Origin: Alcaligenaceae bacterium
GTDB taxonomy: Bacteria > Pseudomonadota > Gammaproteobacteria > Burkholderiales > Burkholderiaceae_B
NCBI GenBank assembly: GCA_012727555.1
Contig: JAAYGT010000033.1
Location: 21,921 to 85,920 of the forward strand
Reading direction: 5' to 3'
DNA: 64,000 nucleotides
In this document: positions 29,474 through 38,905 of the stretch, one piece after another
Position numbering within the stretch: the stretch's first letter is position 1
Layout: every line of letters starts with the position of its first letter
Program-made: the position numbers and the translations under genes
The notes under the pieces: generated by a model
What the model was told of the DNA's origin: nothing
The model's input: the letters and a program-made list of their open reading frames with translations, nothing else
Database searches by the model: none

Positions 29474-30487
29474 TTACTTGCTGGCTTCAGCAATGATGGC
29501 GTCAACGATTTCTGCGCCAACACGCTTTTTCACCATGTCCTGAACAGGGCCCATGCGTGAGGAAAAGGCAGTCATTTCTTCAGGCGTCAATTCAACGATC
29601 GTGACATCTTTCATGGCTTCAACCGCTTTTTCGTCGGCTTTCTGGGCCAGATCGCGCTGGTAGGCCGTTGTCTTGTTCACGGCTTCGACCAGAATTTTCT
29701 TGTCGGCATCGCTCAGACGGTTGTAGACGTCGGGGTTGATGAGAACGGGCCAGGGCGAGTAAACGTGGTTCGTTTTTGTGATGAACTTCTGGACTTCGTA
29801 GAACTTCATGTCGTAGAACAGGTTGATCGGGCCTTCCTGGGCATCGAATGTACCTTGTTGCAGCGCAGTGAACAGTTCACCAAATGCCAGAGGCGCGGGG
29901 TTTGCACCCTCTGCTTTCCAGGCGGCAATGTGCACTTCGTTTTCCATCGTGCGCATCTTCATGCCTTTCAGGTCATCAGGCGACTTGATGACTTTCTTGC
30001 TGTTGGTCAGCTGACGGAAACCGTTTTCCCAGTAACCCAGGCCCTTGATACCCACTTTGTCGAGGCTGGCCAACAGATCGGTACCGATCTTGCCATCGAG
30101 AACACGGTAGACCGAAGCGCGGTCTTTGAACAGGAAGGGGATATCGAGTGCAAAGAACTGCTTGTTGAACGCGCCCAGCACAGCCGATGACACAAACGTC
30201 ATGTCAACGTTGCCCAGCTGAATGCTTTCGACCAGTTCGCGCTCGCTGCCCAGTTGCGAGTTCGGGAAAATTTCAACGGTGATGCGACCGTTGGTCTTTT
30301 CAGCCAGTTCCTTGCCCAGAAATTCAAAAGCGAGGTGACCGGTGTTGGACGTGGACGCGGCATGGCCGGCCTTGAGCACAACCTTGTCGTTGGCGAGAAC
30401 GGACGTATTCACGCCCAATGAAAAAGCACAGAAACCCAGTGCCATGGCTGCGGAACGAACGAATTTCCGGGGAAACAGGAAAGACAT
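29474..30487 (-). CDS. dctP: TRAP transporter substrate-binding protein (DctP family)
   Basis: Signal peptide MSFLFPRKFVRSAAMALGFCAFSLGVNTSVLA and DctP-like layout. ATG 30487 with a GGAGA RBS is preferred to the 30577 start in the ORF track. Confidence 0.9.
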   Translation of the reverse strand: MSFLFPRKFVRSAAMALGFCAFSLGVNTSVLANDKVVLKAGHAASTSNTGHLAFEFLGKELAEKTNGRITVEIFPNSQLGSERELVESIQLGNVDMTFVSSAVLGAFNKQFFALDIPFLFKDRASVYRVLDGKIGTDLLASLDKVGIKGLGYWENGFRQLTNSKKVIKSPDDLKGMKMRTMENEVHIAAWKAEGANPAPLAFGELFTALQQGTFDAQEGPINLFYDMKFYEVQKFITKTNHVYSPWPVLINPDVYNRLSDADKKILVEAVNKTTAYQRDLAQKADEKAVEAMKDVTIVELTPEEMTAFSSRMGPVQDMVKKRVGAEIVDAIIAEASK

Positions 30488-30718
30488 GAGGTATCTCCGT
30501 TTTGATGTTTTTGATCGAAGGAAGGCCGTTATGCAACACGGCACATAGAGCGGCGGACTGAAAAGCCAGGGAATCAATCACATAGAGACGTGCATTTCAC
30601 CCATTCAAGCCACAGCGTTTCTGCGAGGATTGTAAAATGCACCCATACATTTATCAACTATTGAATTTTAATCTCAATATTTGAGAAAAATTATTAACGA
30701 ATTTCTGGATACCGCACC

Positions 30719-32149
30719 ATGACTCATTCACAACCTGCCATCGCTTTTGATCCCGTCCAGGCACAGACCGTTGTTCAGGCACTGCGTGATTGCCTGGATC
30801 CTGCCGGACTGCTGACCGGTGATGACATCGGCGCCCGTTATCTGACCGACTGGAGCGGCGAGCCGGGTCAAATGCCGCTGGCGGTGGCGCGCCCATCCAC
30901 CACGGAACAGGTTGCCGCCGTATTGAAGGTGTGTACAGCCCACAGCTGGCCGGTTGTACCTCAGGGCGGGCTCACCGGCCTGGCCGGCGGGGCGGTACCG
31001 GCGCAGCACGCCGTTGCCTTGTCGCTTGATCGCATGAGCGGTATTGAGGCAATAGACACCGCCAATGCCACCCTGACCGTGCTGGCTGGCACGCCACTGC
31101 AAACCATCCAGGAAGCCGCCGAAGGTGCCGGTTTTTTCTTTCCTCTGGATCTGGGCGCACGCGGCTCCTGCCAGATTGGCGGGAATATCGGCACCAACGC
31201 CGGGGGCAACCGGGTGATCCGCTACGGCATGACACGCGATCTGGTGCTGGGGCTGGAAGTGGTCCTGCCTGATGGCACGGTGCTGTCCATGATGAACAAA
31301 ATGATCAAGAACAACGCTGGCCCCGACCTGAAAGGCCTGTTCATCGGCACCGAAGGCACGCTGGGGGTTGTCACGCGCGCGGTGCTGCGCCTGCATCCGG
31401 GTGTCAAGGGGGCCAATACCGCGCTGGTAGCTGTCAGTGATTTTGACGCGGTCATCAAACTGCTGCGTCATGCGCAGCAACAGCTTTCGGGTCGCGTCAG
31501 CGCCTTTGAAGTCATGTGGTCGGACTACTACCGCTGCGCCACCACCGCAGGCGGAATACGTGCCCCCTTGCCGTCCGACTACCCGATCTACGTCCTGATG
31601 GATATGCAGGGCTCGGAGCCCGAAGCTTCGGCACCGCTATTCGAGTCCGTGCTGGAACATGCCCTGGCCCAGGGCTGGGCGCTGGACGCCGCCGTTGCCC
31701 AGTCGCATGCCGACACCCTGGCGTTCTGGGCGCTGCGCGATTCGATCGGTGAAATGCTCAAGACATTTGCGCCCACCATCAATTTTGACGTGTCGTTCCC
31801 CATTTCCCTGATGGGCGAAGGGGTAGAGCGGCTGCGTCAGATCATGGACACACAATTCCCGGGCATTCAAGCCATGTATTTCGGCCACGTGGGTGATGGC
31901 AACGTGCACATTGTGGTGGGCCCACTGCCCGATGATGCTCGCAAAACCGAACACGCCATTGAAGACGCTTTCTACCAGGTGACTGCGGCCCTGGAAGGGT
32001 CCGTATCCGCCGAACACGGCATTGGCCTGCACAAGAAGCCTTATCTGCACTACAGCCGCACACCGGAAGAGCTGGCACTGATCCGCACGCTGAAGCAGGC
32101 GATCGACCCGAAAGGCATCATGAATCCGGGGAAAATACTGTCGATGTGA
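30719..32149 (+). CDS. FAD-linked oxidase (GlcD / D-2-hydroxyacid dehydrogenase family)
   Basis: 476 aa. PCMH-type FAD-binding block VVPQGGLTGLAGGAVP and C-terminal SAEHGIGLHKKPYL, typical of D-lactate/glycolate oxidase-like enzymes. Confidence 0.8.
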   Translation: MTHSQPAIAFDPVQAQTVVQALRDCLDPAGLLTGDDIGARYLTDWSGEPGQMPLAVARPSTTEQVAAVLKVCTAHSWPVVPQGGLTGLAGGAVPAQHAVALSLDRMSGIEAIDTANATLTVLAGTPLQTIQEAAEGAGFFFPLDLGARGSCQIGGNIGTNAGGNRVIRYGMTRDLVLGLEVVLPDGTVLSMMNKMIKNNAGPDLKGLFIGTEGTLGVVTRAVLRLHPGVKGANTALVAVSDFDAVIKLLRHAQQQLSGRVSAFEVMWSDYYRCATTAGGIRAPLPSDYPIYVLMDMQGSEPEASAPLFESVLEHALAQGWALDAAVAQSHADTLAFWALRDSIGEMLKTFAPTINFDVSFPISLMGEGVERLRQIMDTQFPGIQAMYFGHVGDGNVHIVVGPLPDDARKTEHAIEDAFYQVTAALEGSVSAEHGIGLHKKPYLHYSRTPEELALIRTLKQAIDPKGIMNPGKILSM

Positions 32150-32207
32150 GGGTGGGTTGACACGAAGGGTAAGAAAACACCGCCAACGCGATTGGCCTTA
32201 CTTTCAG

Positions 32208-32224
32208 GGTGCACAATGTGCACC
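32208..32224. promoter_or_regulatory. 17-bp palindrome GGTGCACAATGTGCACC, MhpR-type operator candidate
   Basis: Perfect 8-bp arms, about 70 nt upstream of the Rieske alpha-subunit start. 13 of 17 positions are identical to the recalled E. coli MhpR site, with the same half-site spacing as 13840-13856. Confidence 0.5.
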
Positions 32225-32295
32225 TTCCTTTGAAGAATCGTTGATACAGATCAAGGCGAAACCTACCATGGCCTCCTACCGAAAGGAGAACTTCC

Positions 32296-33561
32296 ATGGA
32301 CACCTACACCCCCGAAACACTTCAGGCGCTGGTTGATGACCAGCCTGAAGAATTCCGCGTTTCCACCGCTGCCTACCGTGGCAAAGAAATTTTTGAAGAA
32401 GAAATGGACCGGATTTTCCATAAAACGTGGATCTTCCTGTGCCATGAAAGCGAGATCGCCAAACCGGGTGATTTTAAATCCACCCAACTGGGCTCCCGTC
32501 CGGTCATCGTGTCACGCGCACGCGACGGCAAGATCCACGCATTGTTGAACGTCTGTACACACCGGGGCGCCACACTGTGCCGTGAAGAGCACGGCAATAC
32601 CCGTGCGTTCGTCTGCCCCTACCATGGGTGGTCATTCCGCCCCTCGGGTGAATTGATCGGCATACCCGACGAAGACCGCTACCACGCCTGTTTCAACAAA
32701 GCCGATAAAAACCTGAAAGCTGTTCCCCGCGTTGCCTCGTACGGCGGGCTGGTTTTCGGTTCTTTCAACCCGGATGTCGAGCCACTGGAAGACTTCCTGG
32801 GGGGCGCGAAACAACACATCGACATCTGGCTCAAGCGTACAGCAGGCGGCACCTACCGCGTATCCACTGCACACAAATACGGTTACGACGGCAACTGGAA
32901 ATTCCAGGCTGAAAACGTCTGTGACGGCTATCACCCCGGATTTGTACACCGGTCTGCCTTCAATACAGTAAGCAAATTCTCGGGCTCATTCGAAAACCGG
33001 GCTCTGGACGTTGCTGTGCGCCAGCAAGGCTATACACGCGGCTACCCGGAAGGCCATGGAACACTGGAAGCCGGTGCACCGCTGGAGTCGGGCGGCATTG
33101 ATCCTGACGTTCGCCAAGCTTACAACGACCAACTGACAGCGCTATACGGTGAAGAAGGTGCTGCAGAAGTATTGACCAACCGCCAATTCCTGATTTTCCC
33201 CAACCTGACCATCTTCGACTTCAATATTCGTGTCATTCAACCCATCAGTCATGATCGTACCGAGGTTTATTCCTACCCGCTCATGATCGAAGGTGCCCAC
33301 GACCAGATCAACAGCAACCGCATGCTCGATGCACAAACCCGAGTGGGCACGGCCGGTATTCTTTCAGCCGATGACATCGATGTATTTGCCGGTGGACAAA
33401 ACGCCCTGAAAGCCGAAGGGTTTGACTGGATCACACTGAGCCGAGGCCTGGGTAAAGAAGAGATCAAGCCCGATGGCGAACGTGTTGGCGTTTATAGCGA
33501 TGAAGTACCGCAACGTGCGTTCTGGCGCAAATGGCGCTCAATGATGAAAAGCGACTCTTGA
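32296..33561 (+). CDS. Aromatic ring-hydroxylating dioxygenase alpha subunit (Rieske, benzoate/anthranilate-like group)
   Basis: Rieske motif CTHRGATLC...CPYHGWSF and mononuclear iron motif DGYHPGFVH. The N-terminal region resembles the BenA/AntA/XylX group. GAAAGGAGA RBS. Confidence 0.85.
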   Translation: MDTYTPETLQALVDDQPEEFRVSTAAYRGKEIFEEEMDRIFHKTWIFLCHESEIAKPGDFKSTQLGSRPVIVSRARDGKIHALLNVCTHRGATLCREEHGNTRAFVCPYHGWSFRPSGELIGIPDEDRYHACFNKADKNLKAVPRVASYGGLVFGSFNPDVEPLEDFLGGAKQHIDIWLKRTAGGTYRVSTAHKYGYDGNWKFQAENVCDGYHPGFVHRSAFNTVSKFSGSFENRALDVAVRQQGYTRGYPEGHGTLEAGAPLESGGIDPDVRQAYNDQLTALYGEEGAAEVLTNRQFLIFPNLTIFDFNIRVIQPISHDRTEVYSYPLMIEGAHDQINSNRMLDAQTRVGTAGILSADDIDVFAGGQNALKAEGFDWITLSRGLGKEEIKPDGERVGVYSDEVPQRAFWRKWRSMMKSDS

Positions 33562-33582
33562 ACACAGACCCCTGGAACCACC

Positions 33583-34068
33583 ATGACACATGCTATTGAA
33601 AAACTGATTTTGCGTGAAGCCCAGTTGCTGGATGCCGGAAAACTGGATGACTGGCTGGCGCTGTACACCGAGGATGCCACCTATTGGCTTCCTATTGATG
33701 AAACCGTTGATCCGCTTAAAGAATCTTCGATCATCTTCGACAACCACATACGCCTGGCAATGCGTGTCGAACAGATCATGCGTCAGGCACGCGTGGCACA
33801 GCAACCGCCATCACAAACACTGCGCATGATTTCGAATGTTGATGTACAGGAAAGCACGGACGAGACCGCCACAGTGAACTACGCCCTGTTGATGACCGAA
33901 GTGCGTTCCGGCGACTGGCGCCAGAACGGGCTGGGACAAACGCGTTTCTTCCCGGGTCATTGCACCGTCAAGGCACGAAACGTGAATGGCGACTGGAAAA
34001 TTTGCCAGAAAACCATTGTGCTGCTGAACCGGCACCAACCCATCGTAGGTATGTCCTTCATCATCTAA
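33583..34068 (+). CDS. Aromatic ring-hydroxylating dioxygenase beta subunit
   Basis: 161 aa with an NTF2-like beta-subunit pattern (REAQLLDAGKLDDWLALYTEDATYW). Immediately follows the alpha subunit. Confidence 0.85.
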   Translation: MTHAIEKLILREAQLLDAGKLDDWLALYTEDATYWLPIDETVDPLKESSIIFDNHIRLAMRVEQIMRQARVAQQPPSQTLRMISNVDVQESTDETATVNYALLMTEVRSGDWRQNGLGQTRFFPGHCTVKARNVNGDWKICQKTIVLLNRHQPIVGMSFII

Positions 34069-34148
34069 AACTGATACCGGAATCGTGGGCTGACAGCTGA
34101 CTGAAACGGCCAACAGCTCCACATCAACATTATCCCCTGGAGAAGACA

Positions 34149-35132
34149 ATGAATCCTTCCAAACGTGCTTTCTGTACCTGGACCGGCGCCGCACTGTTGG
34201 CGCTGTCCACAACATTCGGCAGTCTGGCGACCGCACAGGCCGCCTATCCTGAAAAACCCGTTACACTGGTTGTACCGTTTGCACCGGGTGGGTCTTCGGA
34301 CAGCGCCACACGCATTCTGGCCGAACTCCTTGGCACAAAGTGGAAGCAATCTGTCATCGTGCAGAACAAACCGGGCGCACTGGGTTCGATTGGTGCCATG
34401 TCCGTTGCAAAGGCCCCCGCCGACGGCTACACACTGCTCGTAGCACCGGTTTCAATTGGCACGATCGAACTGTTCCTGAAAAACCCAGGCTTCAATCGTG
34501 ACACCGATCTGGCCCCCATTACCCAGTTTGCCAAGGGTGACTATGTTCTGTCAGTCGGCAAGGACATTCCTGTCTCGACCATGGCCGAACTGGTCGAGTA
34601 TTCACGTCAGCGCCCGGAACAAGTGTTTCATGGCGCCTTTGGCGGCGCATCGCGCCTGGCCTTTGAAAGTTTTGCCCTGCAAAACGATATCCAACCCACA
34701 AACACCAATTATCGCGGCGAGGCCTTGACCTTGACCGCCCTGGCGGGCGGTGAAATCCAGGTGGCACTGACTACTTTAGTGGGCGCTCGCCCCTTCATTG
34801 AATCAGGCCGCATCAAGGCGCTGGGCATTCCTGCCAAAGAGCGCTCACCCCTGGCACCCAATATTCCTACCTCGGATGAAAGCGGAGCGAAAAACTTCTA
34901 CGCCGATTTCTGGTTCGGTCTGATGGCACCGGGCCAAACCCCTGAACCCCTGCGCGCGCAGATAGCCGCCGATGTTGCCGAGGTTCTGGCACGTCCGGAA
35001 GTTCAAACCCGCTTTCAGGAACTGGGCTTGCTGGCACGCTCATCAACCCCAGCCGAATTTGCAGCATTGATCAAACATGAATCAGAACGCTGGGTTGAGG
35101 TTGCCAAAAAAATTGGTCTTGAACCCCAGTAA
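34149..35132 (+). CDS. Bug family (TctC-like) substrate-binding protein
   Basis: 327 aa. Signal peptide, YPEKPVTLVVPFAPGGSSD and NKPGALGSIGA Bug blocks. Embedded within the dioxygenase operon. Confidence 0.9.
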   Translation: MNPSKRAFCTWTGAALLALSTTFGSLATAQAAYPEKPVTLVVPFAPGGSSDSATRILAELLGTKWKQSVIVQNKPGALGSIGAMSVAKAPADGYTLLVAPVSIGTIELFLKNPGFNRDTDLAPITQFAKGDYVLSVGKDIPVSTMAELVEYSRQRPEQVFHGAFGGASRLAFESFALQNDIQPTNTNYRGEALTLTALAGGEIQVALTTLVGARPFIESGRIKALGIPAKERSPLAPNIPTSDESGAKNFYADFWFGLMAPGQTPEPLRAQIAADVAEVLARPEVQTRFQELGLLARSSTPAEFAALIKHESERWVEVAKKIGLEPQ

Positions 35133-35186
35133 GCAGCATACCGCCCACAGCGCCCCGTTTTCACATACCCATCAGGACTTTTGATC

Positions 35187-36221
35187 ATGTTGACTGTCAG
35201 CAAAGTAGCCGCCGGATCAGGCGGCCTAGCCATCCGGCACGCCGAACCCCGGGAACCCGGCCCAGGTGAAATTATGCTGAAGGTACACGCTGCCGGTGTC
35301 TGTGGCACCGATATGCAGATCTACCACAGCTACGGCGCCATTGCCAAACGTGTGAAACTTCCAACCACACTGGGCCATGAAGCCTGCGGCACGGTGGTAC
35401 AAACGGGTCTGGGTGTGGATCGGGTCAGTGTGGGCGATCTGGTCAGTCTGGAAAGCCACATACCCTGTGGGCGGTGCAAAGCGTGTCACACGGGTCGTGC
35501 ACATGTCTGCCCGAATACACGGTATCCAGGTATCGATATCGATGGCACATTCGCAGAATATGTAACCGTGCCGGCTGAAATCGCCTGGGTAAACCCCAAA
35601 GGCACCGACCCTGCACTGGCCGCGCTGCTTGAACCTCTGGGCATTGCCGTCCATGCAACCCTGGAAGGCTCCGGGGTATCCGGTCAAACAGTTGTCGTCA
35701 ACGGCTGCGGCCCGATCGGATTGATGAATGTGGCAGTGGCACGCCACTTCGGTGCCCATAAAATCATTGCATTTGACCCCAATCCGGGGCGTCGTGCCAT
35801 TGCCGAACGCATGGGAGCCGACATCGTGGCGGACCCGTCCAGTGTGTCTCCACCGCACCTTGTGAACGAGTCAACGCGCGGTGATGGTGCCGATGTTGTG
35901 TTCGAATACAGCGGCAATGAACAAGGTGCCCTGAACTGTTTCGCCATGGTGGGCTCATTGGGCGACGTTCGATGGTGCGCCACACCGGGCCAACCCATGA
36001 CCTTTGACTTCGGGGCATGGCGCAAAGGGCGCCCGACCATCTACAACATCCACGGACGACGTATCTGGTCGACCTGGCACGCCATGGCACCCCTCGTTTA
36101 CGAGAAAAAAATCGATCTCGAACCCGTTATCAGTCACCGCCTTCCGCTGTCTGAAGGCGTCAAGGCCTTTGAACTGATCGTGGCCGGCGCAGCCATCAAA
36201 CCCCTGATCATGTGCTCCTGA
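35187..36221 (+). CDS. Zinc-dependent alcohol dehydrogenase (MDR family)
   Basis: GHEACGTVV catalytic-zinc motif, CGRCKACHTGRAHVC structural-zinc cluster, VNGCGPIGL NAD motif. ATG 35187 is preferred to TTG 35181. Confidence 0.85.
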   Translation: MLTVSKVAAGSGGLAIRHAEPREPGPGEIMLKVHAAGVCGTDMQIYHSYGAIAKRVKLPTTLGHEACGTVVQTGLGVDRVSVGDLVSLESHIPCGRCKACHTGRAHVCPNTRYPGIDIDGTFAEYVTVPAEIAWVNPKGTDPALAALLEPLGIAVHATLEGSGVSGQTVVVNGCGPIGLMNVAVARHFGAHKIIAFDPNPGRRAIAERMGADIVADPSSVSPPHLVNESTRGDGADVVFEYSGNEQGALNCFAMVGSLGDVRWCATPGQPMTFDFGAWRKGRPTIYNIHGRRIWSTWHAMAPLVYEKKIDLEPVISHRLPLSEGVKAFELIVAGAAIKPLIMCS

Positions 36222-36226
36222 TTATC

Positions 36227-37183
36227 ATGACTTCATCCATTCCCCTTCGTATCAAGCGCATTGAAACAGTCGCACTGGATGTCAAATTTCTGACACTGCA
36301 CCATCGCGATGACGCACCCCTGCCTGACTGGCAAGCCGGTGCCCACATTGAACTGGAATTGCCCAACGGACTGGTACGCAGTTATTCCCTGTTAAACAGG
36401 CCGGGTGAGACCGGGCATTACCAGATCGCGGTGCATAAATCACCCACCAGCGCCGGCGGGTCCCGCTGCGTTCACGAGGCATTGTCCGAGGGCAGCGAAC
36501 TCTCTGCACAAGCGCCCCGCAACCACTTCCCCCTGCATGAAGAAGCGGGTCATTCATGCCTGATCGCTGGCGGCATTGGCATCACGCCACTGATGGCCAT
36601 GGCGCAGCGTCTTAACCAGTTGGGCCGCCGTTGGGAATTGCACTACTGCGTGCGCACGCCGGAACATGCAGCCTTCGTCAGGGAACTGCAGACGCTGGCC
36701 GATGAGCACGGAAACCACTTCGTATGCCATTTCGATCAAGTCTCCGACGCTAATCCACTCGACATCGCCGCCACTGTGCGCACGGGCAACGCTGACACGC
36801 ACTGGTACTGCTGCGGCCCTACCGGCATGCTTGAGGCCTTTGAACAGGCCACAAAACACTGTCGTGACAGGGCCCATGTGGAATACTTCGGTGCCAAACA
36901 AGAGGCCGCCCTTGAGGGTGGCTACACGATCGAGCTTGCCCGTAGTGGCAAAACCCTGCACGTCCCGCCCGGACGCTCTATACTCGATGTCGTGCTGGCT
37001 GCAGGCATCAATGTGAAAACATCCTGCCGTGAAGGTATATGCGGCAGTTGTGAAACCGGCATTATTGAAGGCGAAGCCGATCACCGTGATGCCCTTCTTA
37101 CGCCTGAAGAACAGGCAGAAAACACAACCATGATGATCTGTTGCTCCGGTGCCAAATCCGGAAAACTGGTGCTTGATCTTTAA
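36227..37183 (+). CDS. PDR/VanB-type oxygenase reductase (FMN + NAD + [2Fe-2S])
   Basis: RSYSL FMN motif, GGIGITPLMAM NAD motif, C-terminal CREGICGSCETGII...MICCS plant-type ferredoxin. ATG 36227 is preferred to GTG 36212. Confidence 0.85.
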   Translation: MTSSIPLRIKRIETVALDVKFLTLHHRDDAPLPDWQAGAHIELELPNGLVRSYSLLNRPGETGHYQIAVHKSPTSAGGSRCVHEALSEGSELSAQAPRNHFPLHEEAGHSCLIAGGIGITPLMAMAQRLNQLGRRWELHYCVRTPEHAAFVRELQTLADEHGNHFVCHFDQVSDANPLDIAATVRTGNADTHWYCCGPTGMLEAFEQATKHCRDRAHVEYFGAKQEAALEGGYTIELARSGKTLHVPPGRSILDVVLAAGINVKTSCREGICGSCETGIIEGEADHRDALLTPEEQAENTTMMICCSGAKSGKLVLDL

Positions 37184-37217
37184 GTATTTTCCCGGGCGAA
37201 ACCTGGTTTCGTCCGTC

Positions 37218-38060
37218 ATGCGCCCCCCCATGCCCTCCACCGAACAACCCGACCCCGTTTACCGACATTGTGAATCCCTGATCAAAGGGCTGTCACTGCT
37301 GGCCGAACTGAACCGCTCTCCCAACGCAAGCGCGGTCATTTCGGAACTGTCAAGAACCACCGGTTTACATCGCACCACTGTCAAACGACTGCTCGAAACA
37401 CTTAAACACGCGGGCTATCTTGAGCACGATCTCATCACCAATGAATACCGGTTGTCATTTCGTGTGCTGCAACTCAGTTACGGTTATCGTGACACCACAC
37501 GGGTAACCGAGCTGGCATGGCCGTTCATGCGCACCTTCACACAGAAAATGGTCTGGCCTTGTTCGCTGGTGGCACCTGAAGGCGACGAAATGGTGGTCCG
37601 GATATCCACCCGCCCCTACAGCAAACTTTCGTTTCACCCTGGCATGCCCGGCCGGCGGATGCCCATGGTCACCACAGCCGCTGGCCGGGCTTACTTTGCT
37701 TTTGCCTCGAAAGCAGCCCAGGAAACCCTGCTGGCTATGCTGTGCCACAAACCTGACATCGCCAAAGCCAGACACCATCACAGCGCATCCTGGATACACG
37801 ATGTCATGGATCAGACACGGACGCGTGGCTATGCAATAAACCGTGGCGAATGGGAAGACGAACCACGATTCAGTGCGTTTGCTGTACCCATACGGAATAC
37901 AACCGGTGAGGCGATCGTGGCACTGAATGTGATTTTCCTGACTACAGCGGTCAAGACACCACAAGCCCAGAACAAACTGCTCGAAGGGTTGCATGAAACT
38001 GCGCGGGCCATTGAAGCAGCATACGCCCAGAATGCCCTTGAGATACACCGCTCTGCATGA
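37218..38060 (+). CDS. IclR family regulator, MhpR paralog
   Basis: Shares the 15-aa HTH segment TGLHRTTVKRLLETL and the LSFH...GRR...TAAGRAYFA blocks with the mhpR product at 13883-14710. Start is ATG 37218 or ATG 37230. Confidence 0.8.
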   Translation: MRPPMPSTEQPDPVYRHCESLIKGLSLLAELNRSPNASAVISELSRTTGLHRTTVKRLLETLKHAGYLEHDLITNEYRLSFRVLQLSYGYRDTTRVTELAWPFMRTFTQKMVWPCSLVAPEGDEMVVRISTRPYSKLSFHPGMPGRRMPMVTTAAGRAYFAFASKAAQETLLAMLCHKPDIAKARHHHSASWIHDVMDQTRTRGYAINRGEWEDEPRFSAFAVPIRNTTGEAIVALNVIFLTTAVKTPQAQNKLLEGLHETARAIEAAYAQNALEIHRSA

Positions 38061-38066
38061 AAGGAA

Positions 38067-38894
38067 TCAAGCCTTCGATGCGCCCAGTTCGTGACTGATC
38101 TGGCGAGCCGTGCGCCGCACCAGCGGCACCAGGGACTCCATGCGGTCAAGGTCCATGTATTCAAGCGTACTTGACACACTGATGGCCGCCACGATGCGGT
38201 TGCTGCTGTCGCGCAGCGGCGCCGCCACACAACGTATGCTCTGTTCGTCTTCGCCCAGATCATAGGTATAACCCTGGGCGGCATACCGGCGCATATTGGC
38301 AAGCCACTGCTGGCGGCTCAAGGGCTCACGGGCCAGGTGGGCGGTACGCTCGTGCAAACCCAGCCAGTCTTCTTCCGACCAGTCAAGAATCAGGGCCTTG
38401 CCGATCCCGGTACAGATCAGGGGCTTGATACCACCGATTCGCGAACTGATTTCCACGGGTCGCCGGCTGGAAATTTTTTCAAGGTAAATGACGTTGTCCT
38501 GCTCGACATAGCCCAGATGCACGGTATCGCGGGTTTCTTTGGCCAGCACACGCAGAAACGGGTTGGCCAGGCGCACAAGATCAACCTGGGAATACGCACG
38601 GTAACCCAATTCCAGCACCTTGCGTCCCAACCGGTAACCGCGTTCGGGGTCACGTGCCAGATAATGCCGCTGCTGCAAGGCCGACAGAATACGATGCGTC
38701 GTGCTGTAGGTCATGCCGGTGCGGGCGGCAATATCGGCGATATCGCCCACCCCTTCGGCAACGGATTCCAGAATATCCAGACCCCGGAGAAGGGTCTGGC
38801 TGGCCAAAGGCTTGGCCGCCTTTTCGCCGGGGGATTTCGATTGCGCCTGGCCGGCCTGTACAACGTGGCCGGCCTTATTGCTGCGTAGATTCAT
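38067..38894 (-). CDS. IclR family transcriptional regulator
   Basis: 275 aa. HTH IADIAARTGMTYSTTHRILSALQQRHYLA plus an IclR effector domain. Its stop is 6 nt from the convergent IclR gene. Confidence 0.85.
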   Translation of the reverse strand: MNLRSNKAGHVVQAGQAQSKSPGEKAAKPLASQTLLRGLDILESVAEGVGDIADIAARTGMTYSTTHRILSALQQRHYLARDPERGYRLGRKVLELGYRAYSQVDLVRLANPFLRVLAKETRDTVHLGYVEQDNVIYLEKISSRRPVEISSRIGGIKPLICTGIGKALILDWSEEDWLGLHERTAHLAREPLSRQQWLANMRRYAAQGYTYDLGEDEQSIRCVAAPLRDSSNRIVAAISVSSTLEYMDLDRMESLVPLVRRTARQISHELGASKA

Positions 38895-38905
38895 AAAAGG
38901 GAAAG

